From a virus (Duplodnaviria > Heunggongvirae > Uroviricota > Caudoviricetes), in the IMG/VR virus record IMGVR_UViG_3300035698_035307, positions 87,521 to 151,520 of that record: a DNA stretch of 64,000 nucleotides. The stretch is one strand, 5' to 3'. Below, one piece after another: positions 1 to 11,700 of the stretch; position 1 is the stretch's first letter, and the number at the start of each line of letters is the position of its first letter. Below the pieces are notes generated by a model, which saw nothing but the letters and a program-made list of their open reading frames with translations, made no database searches and was not told the origin of the DNA. Position numbers and translations under genes: made by a program.

Positions 1-3000
1 ATCATCTATATCACCTCTACTTTCACCGACGACACTTGGGAATATTTTTTCAACTTCCTGTGCAAGTAAGCCTGTATCAATAGCTGAAGTTCGAGCTCCA
101 ATGAAATTATAATCTATTACATTTAGTTTTAACAATTCATTTAAACCATATTTAGTATCAACAATATTTTCCTTTATCCTAGCATCAGAAGATGTAGCAA
201 ATGCAATAGAATTATCACTATTAGTACCTCTAATTCCACCTAGGAAACCATAAGGTGACAATCCAGTAGAACTAACTCTACATTGTAGAAACCAGTTATT
301 TGGATAAGCCCAAGAAGTGCTATTAAATTCTAATTCTAAAATATCTTGACTATGATTACCACTAGCTCCATTTACAAATTGAACTAAAGGCCCATCATAT
401 GGCTTATCACCATATGCTCTTAAAACATATGAACTAAATGTAGTTAAATTAGCTGCCGGTGAAAACATAAATGTAGATTTATTGTTTCTTATTCTCCCTG
501 CAGGGGTTAATTCAATGTCAGAATTATTATAAGTCGTTTCAATTTCGAACGATGTTCCTGTAGATAAAAAACCAAGCTTTGCTTTATCACTATAACCATT
601 TTTTGTAATATACATATAATTAGGTTGATTCAATGTTGTTGATATCTCTAACATTCCACCGCCACTCATACTAGTATTATTATTAGCAAATACTCTACCT
701 TCACCAGTAACCATAAATTTATTGTTGCCTTCAGACTGAAGACGCATTAAAGCTATATTTCCTGTAGATATGTTTGCCTGATTATAGTTAATACCTACTC
801 CCCAAGGTGAAGTACTTTTATTATTAATGATATTAATCACATTAGTCTCTGATACTTCCATATCTAATGGAGTAGTAGGTGCAACACCAATTCCTAATTT
901 ATTTGTAGATGTTATTTTTACATTATTTTCAAAATAACTAAGTCCTTTTACATATAGATTAGATAGTAAACTATTATCTGGATTTCTACCTATTATAACG
1001 GAACCTCTTTTAGTAAGCGTACTATGTTGTCTAGGTATACCACCACTTATATAAACATTACCACCAGTTTCAGTTTCTGTAGTAGATACAGGTAAACTAT
1101 TATCTAGAGAATTAAATCCACCTCCTGTAATGCGAATATCTCCAGAATAACTTGAAGGGTCATATGATGTACCACCTACTAATTCTAAAATTTTACCAGA
1201 AGCACCTGCAGTAGAATAGCTATAACCATCTCCTGATTTTATTAAAAGATGCGTTCCTGTAGAACCTTTAATCCAGTTATTAGAATAATTACTATCTGTA
1301 CCTAAATAGATATTAGTTAAATTAGCTTGAAGTGCTTGTATATTTCCACTAAATAATCCGTATCCATCTACATCTAAATTTCCACTTATATTTGTATTAC
1401 CGTCTATATCAATATCACCGTAGAACCATGACTTCTGATTACTGTCAATTAACATTGCTCTCTTAAGTAAGTTATTACCAACAACATTAGATACATCATC
1501 TGCAGTCCAAAATTCCATGTTACCTCTCATTTCAGCTTGTAAACCACCTGTAGCACCATCAGTATATGTTCTGATTCTTGCTTGTGGGTAATTTAAGTTA
1601 CTTAGCTTTGTTGAACTATCGGTAAAGAAGAAGTCTAAATCTGTTCTATCACTACCATTAATATCACCATATGAATCATTCTGCAGAAGTAATCCTGTCA
1701 TCGTACCGTTATTCGCTGAAGAATCTGGTGCAGTAGCTATTGTCTTCTTTCTCAAATGAAGTGAAGTCGTATCATAATTAGCACGTTCAGCTGCTATTGC
1801 TACAGTACGTGAAGCGCTAAGATTGTATTCTGAACCAATTTGTACTTTCGCAAGTGCTTCGTTTACACCTGTAATTGACATTAAAGAAAATACGTCAGAA
1901 GGTGTATGGCTTCTAAAATTAAATCTTGAAGAATTAACATCTTGATATTGAGGGTTCATATCACTTTGATGATTGTATAATTCATCCTGCCATGAATGTA
2001 TATAGAAACTAACAAGACCAGTAGGGTCTTCTGTTAATATCATTCCTCTACGGTCTGGTCTATCATTATCAACTGTAAATAAATCAAGCTTAATTTGGAA
2101 ACTATCATTTATATTTGATGAATCTTGTAATAATCTTACATTACCGTTTACTGTAAGTTGGTTATCTATATTAGCAGGTAATGTACCTAATCCGACATAA
2201 CCTAAAGTATTAACAACTATTGCATTCTCATGTGTAGAAACTCCAATATGAAGTTCATTTGCACTACCTGAAGTATTATATTTAATCTTACCAAATTGAG
2301 AAGTTTGAGCTTCAAAGTCAGTTAAATAAATGGCTGCATAACCTTCATTTCTTGCAGCTATATTCATAGATGTTTCAGTACTACTGTTACTTCCTTTTAC
2401 GAATAACATAGAATCCCATTCATTCTTATAAGCACTTGTATTATCTAATTCAAAATCTACGCCTGCACCTAAATATCCTGCAACAGCTAAACTGTTGTCG
2501 CCTGGGTCGAGTGTTTCATTTGCAGTACCTATAGTAGCATTACCATTTACATGTAACGCTGTCTTAAATGAAATGTCAGCTGATGTACCTGTATAATAAC
2601 CTATTGCAACTGAATTTCTGTTAGAAACACTTAGCGCAATATTTGCATTTCCTCTATTTGTAATTACATTTGTATCTGATACGTAACGCTTAGCAGAAAG
2701 TACAACTGAATTTATCCCACTCGGTTGTATTAATAAAGCAGATTTATCTGTACGGTAAATTGACATTGTTCCTAATTGTTCATCATCGTCCATTACTACA
2801 TTAAGTGGTAATCCATGGAAATAATGTGAGAATTGAGAAAGACGACTACCTAAAGTATAAGATGAATTAAATTCATAGTATTTAGAACTTGATACATTTG
2901 TAAGCTTTATATTATTCTCAGCTGTTGCTGTTATTCCTAAGTTTCCATATTCAGGTGCACTAATTTGTAATTGACCACCTGTTACTAAAATTTTACTATA

Positions 3001-3669
3001 AGCTGTTGCAGCTTGTCCTTGTTCACCTAATGAGATACCGATTTTCTCTACAGAAGTTGGTGCTGAAGACATTGCAATTGTTAAAAGTGCTAGTTCATCT
3101 ACTGTACTTCCTTCTACTATACTTGATGCATTACCTAATACTAAACCTTCTTTAGTAAAGCCAGTTTGAGGGGTGATTGTGAGATAATCATGGTTTGATG
3201 CTAAAGAGTTTCTTGTCCATTCTGTAAATCCTGTAGAACCAGTTGTTCCAGAATTACCCTTTATATTGTTTCCAGTTTGGGTCCAGAGATTTGTAATGCT
3301 ACTATAAATCCAAATATCACCATCTGTTCCAGGTATATAATCACCTTCTTGTATAAATAAATCTCCATTTCTTAAAGGTTTATTATTAGGACCTATTTGG
3401 TCTGTTGAACCAGTTGCAACTGGAAAATAATTATTAGGTGATTGAAATGGTGGTGTTTCTGGTGTTCCTGTTGTTCTATTAACAATATCTATAACAGTAA
3501 ACATTCTAGTTCCTGATAAACCAATTGGACCTAAATCTCCTTCATTACCTATTAAGCCAGGAGGGCCACCTCCTGCAAGTAGTAGTTGGTCAAAATTGTA
3601 ATTAATTTTGTTGACTTGTTCAGAAAATGTATCTGCTGCTAATATTTCTCTTATAACTATGTTGCCCAT
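1..3669 (-). CDS. Tail fibre/tailspike protein (about 1220 aa in window). C-terminus is truncated by the window start and lies in an S74 intramolecular-chaperone auto-processing domain.
   Basis: ATG at 3669 (complement); reading frame is open to position 1. Reverse-complement translation of 121-240 gives ...GGIRGTNSDNSIAFATSSDARIKENIVDTKYGLNELLKLN..., matching the SDxRxKENI start of peptidase S74/IMC domains of endosialidase and T5 pb1-like fibres. A collagen-like (GXY)x7 stretch AGGGPPGLIGNEGDLGPIGLSGTR lies near the N-terminus (about 3520-3590). Not in the ORF track because it touches the window edge. Confidence 0.75.
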   Translation of the reverse strand, partial: MGNIVIREILAADTFSEQVNKINYNFDQLLLAGGGPPGLIGNEGDLGPIGLSGTRMFTVIDIVNRTTGTPETPPFQSPNNYFPVATGSTDQIGPNNKPLRNGDLFIQEGDYIPGTDGDIWIYSSITNLWTQTGNNIKGNSGTTGSTGFTEWTRNSLASNHDYLTITPQTGFTKEGLVLGNASSIVEGSTVDELALLTIAMSSAPTSVEKIGISLGEQGQAATAYSKILVTGGQLQISAPEYGNLGITATAENNIKLTNVSSSKYYEFNSSYTLGSRLSQFSHYFHGLPLNVVMDDDEQLGTMSIYRTDKSALLIQPSGINSVVLSAKRYVSDTNVITNRGNANIALSVSNRNSVAIGYYTGTSADISFKTALHVNGNATIGTANETLDPGDNSLAVAGYLGAGVDFELDNTSAYKNEWDSMLFVKGSNSSTETSMNIAARNEGYAAIYLTDFEAQTSQFGKIKYNTSGSANELHIGVSTHENAIVVNTLGYVGLGTLPANIDNQLTVNGNVRLLQDSSNINDSFQIKLDLFTVDNDRPDRRGMILTEDPTGLVSFYIHSWQDELYNHQSDMNPQYQDVNSSRFNFRSHTPSDVFSLMSITGVNEALAKVQIGSEYNLSASRTVAIAAERANYDTTSLHLRKKTIATAPDSSANNGTMTGLLLQNDSYGDINGSDRTDLDFFFTDSSTKLSNLNYPQARIRTYTDGATGGLQAEMRGNMEFWTADDVSNVVGNNLLKRAMLIDSNQKSWFYGDIDIDGNTNISGNLDVDGYGLFSGNIQALQANLTNIYLGTDSNYSNNWIKGSTGTHLLIKSGDGYSYSTAGASGKILELVGGTSYDPSSYSGDIRITGGGFNSLDNSLPVSTTETETGGNVYISGGIPRQHSTLTKRGSVIIGRNPDNSLLSNLYVKGLSYFENNVKITSTNKLGIGVAPTTPLDMEVSETNVINIINNKSTSPWGVGINYNQANISTGNIALMRLQSEGNNKFMVTGEGRVFANNNTSMSGGGMLEISTTLNQPNYMYITKNGYSDKAKLGFLSTGTSFEIETTYNNSDIELTPAGRIRNNKSTFMFSPAANLTTFSSYVLRAYGDKPYDGPLVQFVNGASGNHSQDILELEFNSTSWAYPNNWFLQCRVSSTGLSPYGFLGGIRGTNSDNSIAFATSSDARIKENIVDTKYGLNELLKLNVIDYNFIGARTSAIDTGLLAQEVEKIFPSVVGESRGDIDD

Positions 3670-3678
3670 TATTGTGCA

Positions 3679-6600
3679 TTATTTTTTCAGTATTTCTATT
3701 GTTGGTGATAAGCTGTAGTAGAAACCACCAATCTTGTTATATATTATCCTAATGTTGAAGTTATTATTAGCTTCTAAAGAAACTACGCGATAATTATCTT
3801 CTAATCTTAATCCCTTTTGGATTTTCTCAGCATTAGTTATGTTCGTATTCATAAACGGATGCGTGTTATTATATTCAGAATTATTACTCTTACCAACAAA
3901 GAATTTAACTTTATTTCTTATGTAACGAGGTAAAACGTTTTCCTCAATATAACCACTAACGTCATCAGCTATTGTTTTTTGCTTACCATATCCGTAGCTT
4001 GGTTTTATGTATTTATTAAAAAAGTCATATACGCCAGCATCTGAGATATATTTTGTAAGCTTTTTATCAATGTAAATATCTAAATAAATAGTGTTAGTAT
4101 CATTAAAATAAATTAATTGATTTAAGTTATCAGGTTTCTGTGCATCTAATCCTAATACATCTAATTCATCGAGACTATTTACTTCTACTGCTACGAATTT
4201 TTCAAGTTCAATCTTATCAATAATTTTCATTACCTTCGATGCAAAGAATGATTTCTGTTCATGTATATTTCTAGTACCTACAACATCTTCTTGCTTAATC
4301 TTATCAATGTTTCTTCTATAATAAGCTGCATCCCAATTTGAAGTAAACGTATAGAAGTTTCTTTTATCTATAGCTATTTCACCAATCTTAGGATAAGATG
4401 GTTGATATGCAGTTTCTGTACTAAGTTCAAGTATACCTTTACTATTAACTTCATTTACTTTATGATAGAACATATTATCGATTAAACCAAAATTCTCATC
4501 AATTCTTATTTCAGTATTTGAGTACTTCATATACTCACGCACTTTTTGATGTACGTCATAAACTATTTCTGACATTCCTCTTGTTCGTATTAAAGGAGTG
4601 TAAGGTTCTTTAAAATTAATAATATCTTTACATTTTGGTGTATATTTACCTGTATGTCTAATAATAGGTTGAATGTAAGCTGTATTTTGAAAATCTAATT
4701 CAAATCCAATATTCTTCTCTAAGTTAAATACTACTGGCTTATTTTCATCTGAAGCTGGTTTTAGATACTGAGGCTTCATTATTCTATTACCTGTTTGTAA
4801 CTCAATCACAAACTCATTAAAATCTTCTGTACCGTCTTCATTTATTGTGATATAGTTAATTAAAGAATCGCCGTCATTTATCATTCTAGATAGTTCAGCA
4901 AAGCTTAAGTTTTCTAATCTGCTTTCCCAAATGTTATAACCGCCATTCTTATAAACATAAAGACCTGTTGCTATATAATCAACAGGTATAGTAGGTATGA
5001 TACCAACAGGTGATATATTACCAGCAACTTCAAGTTGATTATCTGAAAGTACTTTAATCGGTGTCAAGTTATATAAACTTGTATATGTAAATATTGATAG
5101 TTCATTATAAGCTCCTTCTGGGTTTGTTCTAATTTCTTCTAAGAATATAGATTTATTCCCATTATCATCTAAAGCTCCAAATATTGTACCAGGACCAGAA
5201 GCTGGGCCAGGAACAACAGCTAGCGTACCATCTGCTGCCAGTGTTGTTGACATATTAAGAGCTCCACTTAATGTAATATCTGCAAAATCTATAGTACCAT
5301 CAGTATTGATTATCTCTGAATCTATTGTTTCATATTTAGAATTTAGACCATATAATATTGTTCTATCTAAATACATACCGTTCATATTAGCTGGGTCTTG
5401 AAGATTTACATAAACAACAAGTGTAATTGTTTTAAATGTTCTATTTTCAATTACATCGATGTCAATGTTCTTCTTTTTAATCCCTTCATATGTACCGTCA
5501 GTAGGTATTAATACTGCACTGAACTTATAATCGTTATATCTTGTGCTTTTCTTATATTGAATTTTATTCTTATTATAATTTAACTGAATTAAATTCTCAA
5601 TACGTTCTTTAACAATTACTTTAATACCTCTGAAGAAAGTAGTTGAATACGCTGCTGTACTTCCATCTTCAAATAAAGTGTATCTTTTTTGTCTTTTTAC
5701 ATTGTGTCTATCAGCATAGTTGTAATTTGCAGTCAATAAAGCTTCTGCAGTTGATACTGACATGTTTAAAGATGGATATGTTAATTCATCTACAATAAAA
5801 TAATCTTTGAAATAGTCTTCTGATATACCTTTAATTCCTGTTGCAATATTAATTGCATTATCGAAATAACTAAAGGCTTTGTTCATTTCACTTTCAGGGT
5901 ATAAACCATAATAAGATGGTAACTTTTGAAGATATAACCATTCATGTGTAAATGCATCAGTATTTCTAGAAAATTCATCTTCAGAAGGTGAGAAATTATA
6001 AATTCCAAAAGCTTCTGATGTATTTAAACGATAATCATTCTCACGAACATCTTTACCATTTTTGTAAACCCATTTATTTATGAACGGTACGACACGTGAT
6101 GGTGTTGTAAGTTCTTTTATGAAGTTCTCTTCTAATCTAGTATATTCGCTGTCAATTTTAGGACTATCTAATTCAGTATCAACATCTTCTTGTTCAAGAA
6201 CTTTTGTCAATCCAAGGTATTCGTTGTTTAAAACCCAATCTTCTAATTCAGGTTGAGTTAAACCTAATGATGTTGTTCCAAAATCTTTATAGAAATTAGT
6301 TTCAAGTATAAGTTCTTTTTCATCTCCATATTCTGTACTGTACGTATCTGTATCAAGGTCTTTGATTGGGAATAATGAAAATCTACCAAAAGGTATTTCA
6401 AAAAGGTCATACAAATGGATTCTTTTCATTGAGTCTAAATATATGTCTTTCCCAGGCACTGTCACTACAGTAGCCAGCTTGTCTATGTTCGTGAATCCTA
6501 TGATATTATCATTCACATCCATAATAGGTTCGTCTACGTAGAAACTGACTCTTCTGATTTTAACGTAGTCTAATTCTAAACCTTCATTTATAGTTTGACT

Positions 6601-8694
6601 TGACCTTAAATATCTTCCAGGTATATTGAACTGATTAAAAGATTCTAATTCAATTGAAACTCTACTTTTATTACTTTGTACACCGCCTGCAAAATCTCTT
6701 ATAATCCATTCATCATTATCTAATGAAATATTCTCTGCAAAGATTCTAATCTGTTGGATGAATAATACTCTATCACAGCCTAATAATAAATCATTAAATC
6801 TTTCTCCTTCAAATTTAGAAAGTATTACAATTTTATCATCTACTGCAACAGCTTCGAATACTCTATTCTTAATATAGTTAATTGCACTTACCATTGCTTT
6901 AGCTACCTCAGCTGGAGTACCATTATGATTATAAAATCTCTGGAAAGATTCTCCAATATTAGGTGCTAATGTATCATCAGCAGTAATTGTATTTTTATAA
7001 AGCTCTGCAGACTCTGTTTTTTCTACTGTCAGAGATGTAAGCGGGTTTGATGTAGATGTCGCAAAATTATCATCAATTCCAGTAAATACTTTTTCTCTAA
7101 CTACTAAAGTACCGTTCTTAACATATACAGAATAATTTTTGAATGTACCATTTGTATTAGCTTGCCATTCAGCTTTTAATTCATTACATGTTATATTAGG
7201 GTCTGTATCTGATGCTGTAATTGTAATATTATGGCCACCAGAATCTTGTATAGTAAAATCTTCACCTGGGATTGTGTTAACAGGTGTGAATGTATATGAT
7301 TGCTTAATAGGAAGTGATACAAATAATCTATCACCTAATGGTGGGTTATCTAAAACTTGTAAAACTAAATTTGCTTTACCACCGTTATCAGAAATATATG
7401 CTCTCTGTGATGTAATTAAATCATTAAAACCTGTAAAGTTCTTCCAATTAATAGACTTATCTGCAAGTTTTAGCTTACCACTATCAAACGAACTACCCAT
7501 TTTAAGATTGTAAAAATCATTATTCTTATCTTGAACATAGAATATTGATGTTAAGTCATCTACAGTATCTGATGTTGGGACAAAATCTAGAGCAGTTTGA
7601 CCAATAGATTCATTTACATCATATACTACATCAATTTCATCGGCATCGATATACATTGCAATACCGTCAGTATTTGTTTGAGTAATATTCTTTGAATTAT
7701 CAGGTTCTATTATATTATCAGAATTAATTCCATGTAATTGTTGAAATTCATTAACTTTATCATTAAGCATTTCAGTTCCAGAAACTTTAAAGGCTCCTTC
7801 ATGTGAAGCATTAACATATATACCAAAGTATCTGTTAATTTCCCAGTTTCCTACATCACTATCATCGAATAAGAACTGTAAGTTTATTAAGTTTGCAACA
7901 GCGATATTATTTCTTTCAAACCCTGTACTTAAAAAATAATCATTTTCAATTATTGTCTTATCTTTACCTACATAATCTTTATAAAGATATTCTGAACTGT
8001 CTGTAAATCCACCGTTTAATACATCAATACCTCTAAATAAAGATGGTTCTTCTCTATCACCATTAAAGGTTAAAGGTGACGTTGGGAAATTACCCTTCTT
8101 CTTATAATTACGAAGATATCTACCTAACTGACTTCTAGTTGTTAAATCAAATGTTTTAATAATCGTAGACTTCTTTAAGATAAGTTCTTTAAACATTTCA
8201 GGGTCTTCTACAATTGCTTTGTTTATATTTTCACTTGTAGCTGTCTTATTGTTTACTGATACTGGTTCATCTAATCTAAAGATGATGAAAAAATCTGGAA
8301 TGATTTTATCTAACCAGATTGGTGCAAGAAGCCCGAACTCTTCGTCATAAAACTTTGATGGAATACCTTCGGCTCCATAGTTATATGTAAATTCATATTG
8401 CTTCGAGAATGAATCTTGTATACTAAAATCAGTGTACTTACGTGCAACATCATATGTAATTGATGATGGTGTCGTACCTTTTTCGTAGAATCTTCTTAAG
8501 TCGTATTCATACGATGTATCATCACTTACTTTAAATGCCTTATATTTCACTTTAGCTAATTCGTCATTAGCGTCAAATGATTCTAAGTAAAGTTTGTCGT
8601 TCGTGTCAACGATAAGTTTTACATTAGTTGTAAGTTTAGGATTTGTTCTTAATATACATGCAGATACATTATCTAATAACTCTTTTGCTGCCAT
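3679..8694 (-). CDS. Giant virion structural protein (1671 aa), fibre or baseplate-associated; no recognisable motif.
   Basis: Long ORF in the structural gene run with a TAA stop 7 nt before the next start. Ser/Thr/Asn/Gly-rich composition typical of fibre-like proteins. Confidence 0.6.
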   Translation of the reverse strand: MAAKELLDNVSACILRTNPKLTTNVKLIVDTNDKLYLESFDANDELAKVKYKAFKVSDDTSYEYDLRRFYEKGTTPSSITYDVARKYTDFSIQDSFSKQYEFTYNYGAEGIPSKFYDEEFGLLAPIWLDKIIPDFFIIFRLDEPVSVNNKTATSENINKAIVEDPEMFKELILKKSTIIKTFDLTTRSQLGRYLRNYKKKGNFPTSPLTFNGDREEPSLFRGIDVLNGGFTDSSEYLYKDYVGKDKTIIENDYFLSTGFERNNIAVANLINLQFLFDDSDVGNWEINRYFGIYVNASHEGAFKVSGTEMLNDKVNEFQQLHGINSDNIIEPDNSKNITQTNTDGIAMYIDADEIDVVYDVNESIGQTALDFVPTSDTVDDLTSIFYVQDKNNDFYNLKMGSSFDSGKLKLADKSINWKNFTGFNDLITSQRAYISDNGGKANLVLQVLDNPPLGDRLFVSLPIKQSYTFTPVNTIPGEDFTIQDSGGHNITITASDTDPNITCNELKAEWQANTNGTFKNYSVYVKNGTLVVREKVFTGIDDNFATSTSNPLTSLTVEKTESAELYKNTITADDTLAPNIGESFQRFYNHNGTPAEVAKAMVSAINYIKNRVFEAVAVDDKIVILSKFEGERFNDLLLGCDRVLFIQQIRIFAENISLDNDEWIIRDFAGGVQSNKSRVSIELESFNQFNIPGRYLRSSQTINEGLELDYVKIRRVSFYVDEPIMDVNDNIIGFTNIDKLATVVTVPGKDIYLDSMKRIHLYDLFEIPFGRFSLFPIKDLDTDTYSTEYGDEKELILETNFYKDFGTTSLGLTQPELEDWVLNNEYLGLTKVLEQEDVDTELDSPKIDSEYTRLEENFIKELTTPSRVVPFINKWVYKNGKDVRENDYRLNTSEAFGIYNFSPSEDEFSRNTDAFTHEWLYLQKLPSYYGLYPESEMNKAFSYFDNAINIATGIKGISEDYFKDYFIVDELTYPSLNMSVSTAEALLTANYNYADRHNVKRQKRYTLFEDGSTAAYSTTFFRGIKVIVKERIENLIQLNYNKNKIQYKKSTRYNDYKFSAVLIPTDGTYEGIKKKNIDIDVIENRTFKTITLVVYVNLQDPANMNGMYLDRTILYGLNSKYETIDSEIINTDGTIDFADITLSGALNMSTTLAADGTLAVVPGPASGPGTIFGALDDNGNKSIFLEEIRTNPEGAYNELSIFTYTSLYNLTPIKVLSDNQLEVAGNISPVGIIPTIPVDYIATGLYVYKNGGYNIWESRLENLSFAELSRMINDGDSLINYITINEDGTEDFNEFVIELQTGNRIMKPQYLKPASDENKPVVFNLEKNIGFELDFQNTAYIQPIIRHTGKYTPKCKDIINFKEPYTPLIRTRGMSEIVYDVHQKVREYMKYSNTEIRIDENFGLIDNMFYHKVNEVNSKGILELSTETAYQPSYPKIGEIAIDKRNFYTFTSNWDAAYYRRNIDKIKQEDVVGTRNIHEQKSFFASKVMKIIDKIELEKFVAVEVNSLDELDVLGLDAQKPDNLNQLIYFNDTNTIYLDIYIDKKLTKYISDAGVYDFFNKYIKPSYGYGKQKTIADDVSGYIEENVLPRYIRNKVKFFVGKSNNSEYNNTHPFMNTNITNAEKIQKGLRLEDNYRVVSLEANNNFNIRIIYNKIGGFYYSLSPTIEILKK

Positions 8695-8722
8695 TTATGC
8701 TTCTATTTATTTATAAGGTTAA

Positions 8723-8734
8723 ATTATATATCGC
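8723..8734 (-). promoter_or_regulatory. Candidate promoter element GCGATATATAAT on the minus strand, 29-40 nt upstream of the ATG at 8694.
   Basis: Member of a four-member motif family G(G/C)GATATATAA(T/C); the others are at 24139-24150, 32798-32809 and 49753-49764. Three of the four lie just downstream of terminator hairpins and 18-55 nt upstream of a start codon. Confidence 0.3.
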
Positions 8735-8744
8735 TGGGAATAAA

Positions 8745-8775
8745 CCTAAAAAAAGCTCAGACACGTCTGAGCTTC
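8745..8775 (-). terminator. Rho-independent terminator, minus strand.
   Basis: Perfect 9-bp stem agctcagac / gtctgagct (8754-8762 and 8765-8773) with a 2-nt loop. Plus-strand A-run 8746-8753 gives a U-tract after the hairpin on the minus strand. Lies immediately downstream of the 8794..12363 gene. Confidence 0.7.
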
Positions 8776-8793
8776 TAATAATGTATGAAAATC

Positions 8794-11700
8794 TTATTTT
8801 ATACCTGAAACGTCTTTAGTAGGTCGTTCTGTAATATTTGGAACTACATCACCTTTAAGCGTTTGACGTAAGTCTTCTACTGCAAGTCTAACATCTCTTC
8901 TTGGTATTTTATCGATATTTAAGTTATTGCTTCTATATTTAGCATAAAGTTCAATGTCAAATTTAAACATTGAATCATCTATTAATTTTAAATCAAGTCC
9001 TAATTTCTTAGCATAAGTAACATCTTTTGTTGCATTTGTACTATCACCTGCAACGAATCCAAGACCATCTGTACCAACACCTGCAAAATCACTCATTCTG
9101 TATTGATATACGAGCGGAATTTGTATTGCATTGTTCTGGCCAATTGCAATCTTAATTGAAGAAAGTGCATCATTACCATTAACACTTAAACTATCTTCAT
9201 TCTGTACTGCTATGAATAAGTATGAACCACAACTTCTACCACCTAATAAATATTGGTCGTCAGGTTGGAATGATGTCTTTACAGTTCTTCCTGTAACTAA
9301 TAGACCAGATTCATTATAAAACTGTGCTGCTGGGTCGTAGAAATAACCACATTGTTTTTTACCATTAACATCACTATTAATAAGTTTAGCATGTTTTGCA
9401 TTTCTAAATTCAACTGCACCTTTTGTTAATGTGTAGTTACCTAGTCCATCATTAACATTTGGGTGTAACCAATGTGTTAGAATCTTATCATTATAAGTCG
9501 TGTTAGGAATATATGAACCTAATATTGTAACATTTGGCTTAGTACCGTTATAAGTTCCATTCCAAATATAATCACTTGTATTATCTGGACCTGATAAAGG
9601 TGCTGCAGTATATGGAGTTACTGAAAGTGAATACTCAGCTTGATTCATTGTTGTAATTACAGTACTGTAATCATCGTCAGTATCTAAGAAAAATTCTTCT
9701 GTTCCTGCTACATTGAACCATCGGCCATATAAGTATTGACCATATCTTTGACCACTTTGATAAGGTGAATCTTTTGTAAATATATTCAATGTATTTGGAT
9801 TTGTATATAACATAGGCACTCTATCATATCTACCATAAGTAGTATAATATGAATCACTTGTAACAGATGGGTCGATTGTATCACCGAATAATGTACTTGA
9901 TGATACGAGTTTACTTGGTCTATTACCAGGCATTCTTGATATAACTTCGAGAGGAGTTGCAACTTTATTCTCTATTGTTATGAAATAAGTCTTAGTTACG
10001 ATTGAACCTTTCTTAATGTCTCTGTCTTTAACTTCGTCTACATAATAACCAGCAAAGAATTTGTTAGAGCTATTATTCTCAATAAGTGTTTCAGCACCTG
10101 TATCATCAAGAATCTTAAGTACAAGTTCACCTGTAACTTTATCAATAATTTCTTGTAAGTAGTTAATTCTATTTTCAAATTCTACTAACTTATCAAAAAG
10201 ATTAATTGGCTTTTGTTCTTGTGATAAGAACCCTGAGGCAATCTTTGTTGCATCATGTGCAAAATAATATTCATTAGCTGTGAAAGAACTAGATAAATGT
10301 TCATCTAAACCTTTAGAATTAAGTTCTTCTAGTAATTGTACTTTTGCTAATTCAACATTATTCTCTTCTTTGATTGTTTCTAAATCATTATCTTGAGTTT
10401 TATCGTCTGGGAAGTCAACTGTAATTGAATCTGACCATTCTGATTCTTTCGAATTAGCTGGGAAACCAGCTTCTGATAAAGCTTTGATTCTAATTTCAAC
10501 TGATTCATTCGCTTTAATAGGAATATCTAATTGATTGATATTAACATCGTCAGCATTCTCTACGTTTTGTACAGTCCATTCAAATTGACCTGTAATTTCG
10601 TTCTTAACTCTTTCTCTTGCTTTAGTTCTTAACTCAATCCAGTTACTGAATGTTCCTCTACGTTTTACATCACTATTGTCTTGGAAATTAATCTGAGCAG
10701 TATTATTAGGCTTACCTGTTGTAGATAAGTAACGATACTGAACAACAAATTGTACAATTTCTTGTGGGTTTGTATACTTAGAAGCTTTAGGTTCTGGAAT
10801 TGGCCAGAAACCTCTAACTCTATATTTAGCTGAGATGCCAGTAAGAGAATTTCCTTTAGCTTTATCTACAATATTATTAACTATTGAAGAATACAACTTA
10901 CTAGAATTAGCACGTCTTTCAATTAAACTTTCAAGCTCTTTAGCATCTGATTGCTTTTCAATTGTACTGTCATATTTCTTAGTAGATATTACTGAACGTT
11001 TCTTTTTAATAGCAACATCAGATTCTTTAATTTCTGCAGTTACTTTGTTCTTTTCATCATTAGATTCCTGAACTTCTTTAAATGCATCGTTATCAGTTAA
11101 ATGTTTATTAATTTGAACTACTTCAAAATCTGCAGCCTTAACTGCTGGTGTATTTGGAGTTGCTGCATATAAAGCAGGTGGTATCTTATCTTTAGCAAGT
11201 CCTAAAAGAATTGCACCAATATCAGCTACTTCATTCTTGTAATATGTTTCAAGTGTTTGCACTTGACCATCTGTCTTAAGAATTTCAAGTTCATTTGAGT
11301 AGAATGCTATACCTGGAGACCATAATTCACTTGGAATTTTCGAGATTGGGTCAACAGCTTTAATAAATACTGCAACTTGCTCATCAAAACCTATTGGAAT
11401 TTCAAGTTCAATGTTTTCATCCTGTCCTCTATAGATTCCAATAACATCAGAACCTATATTTACAGCATCAAATCCTTCTACCAACACAAGTTCCACTTCA
11501 TTCGTAGTGCTATCAACAGATTTAACTGTATATCTTGTATTTTTTCTATCATTGTTGACAATTATACTATCTCCAATCTTCAAGCTGATAGAGTCTGTGA
11601 AACCAGACTGTAAATCAGTATATGTTAATTTGTTTAATTTGTATATTTGGCTTCTTCCAGATACTGTTTGCCCATCGACAATAGCTTCAGTTGCTGTATT

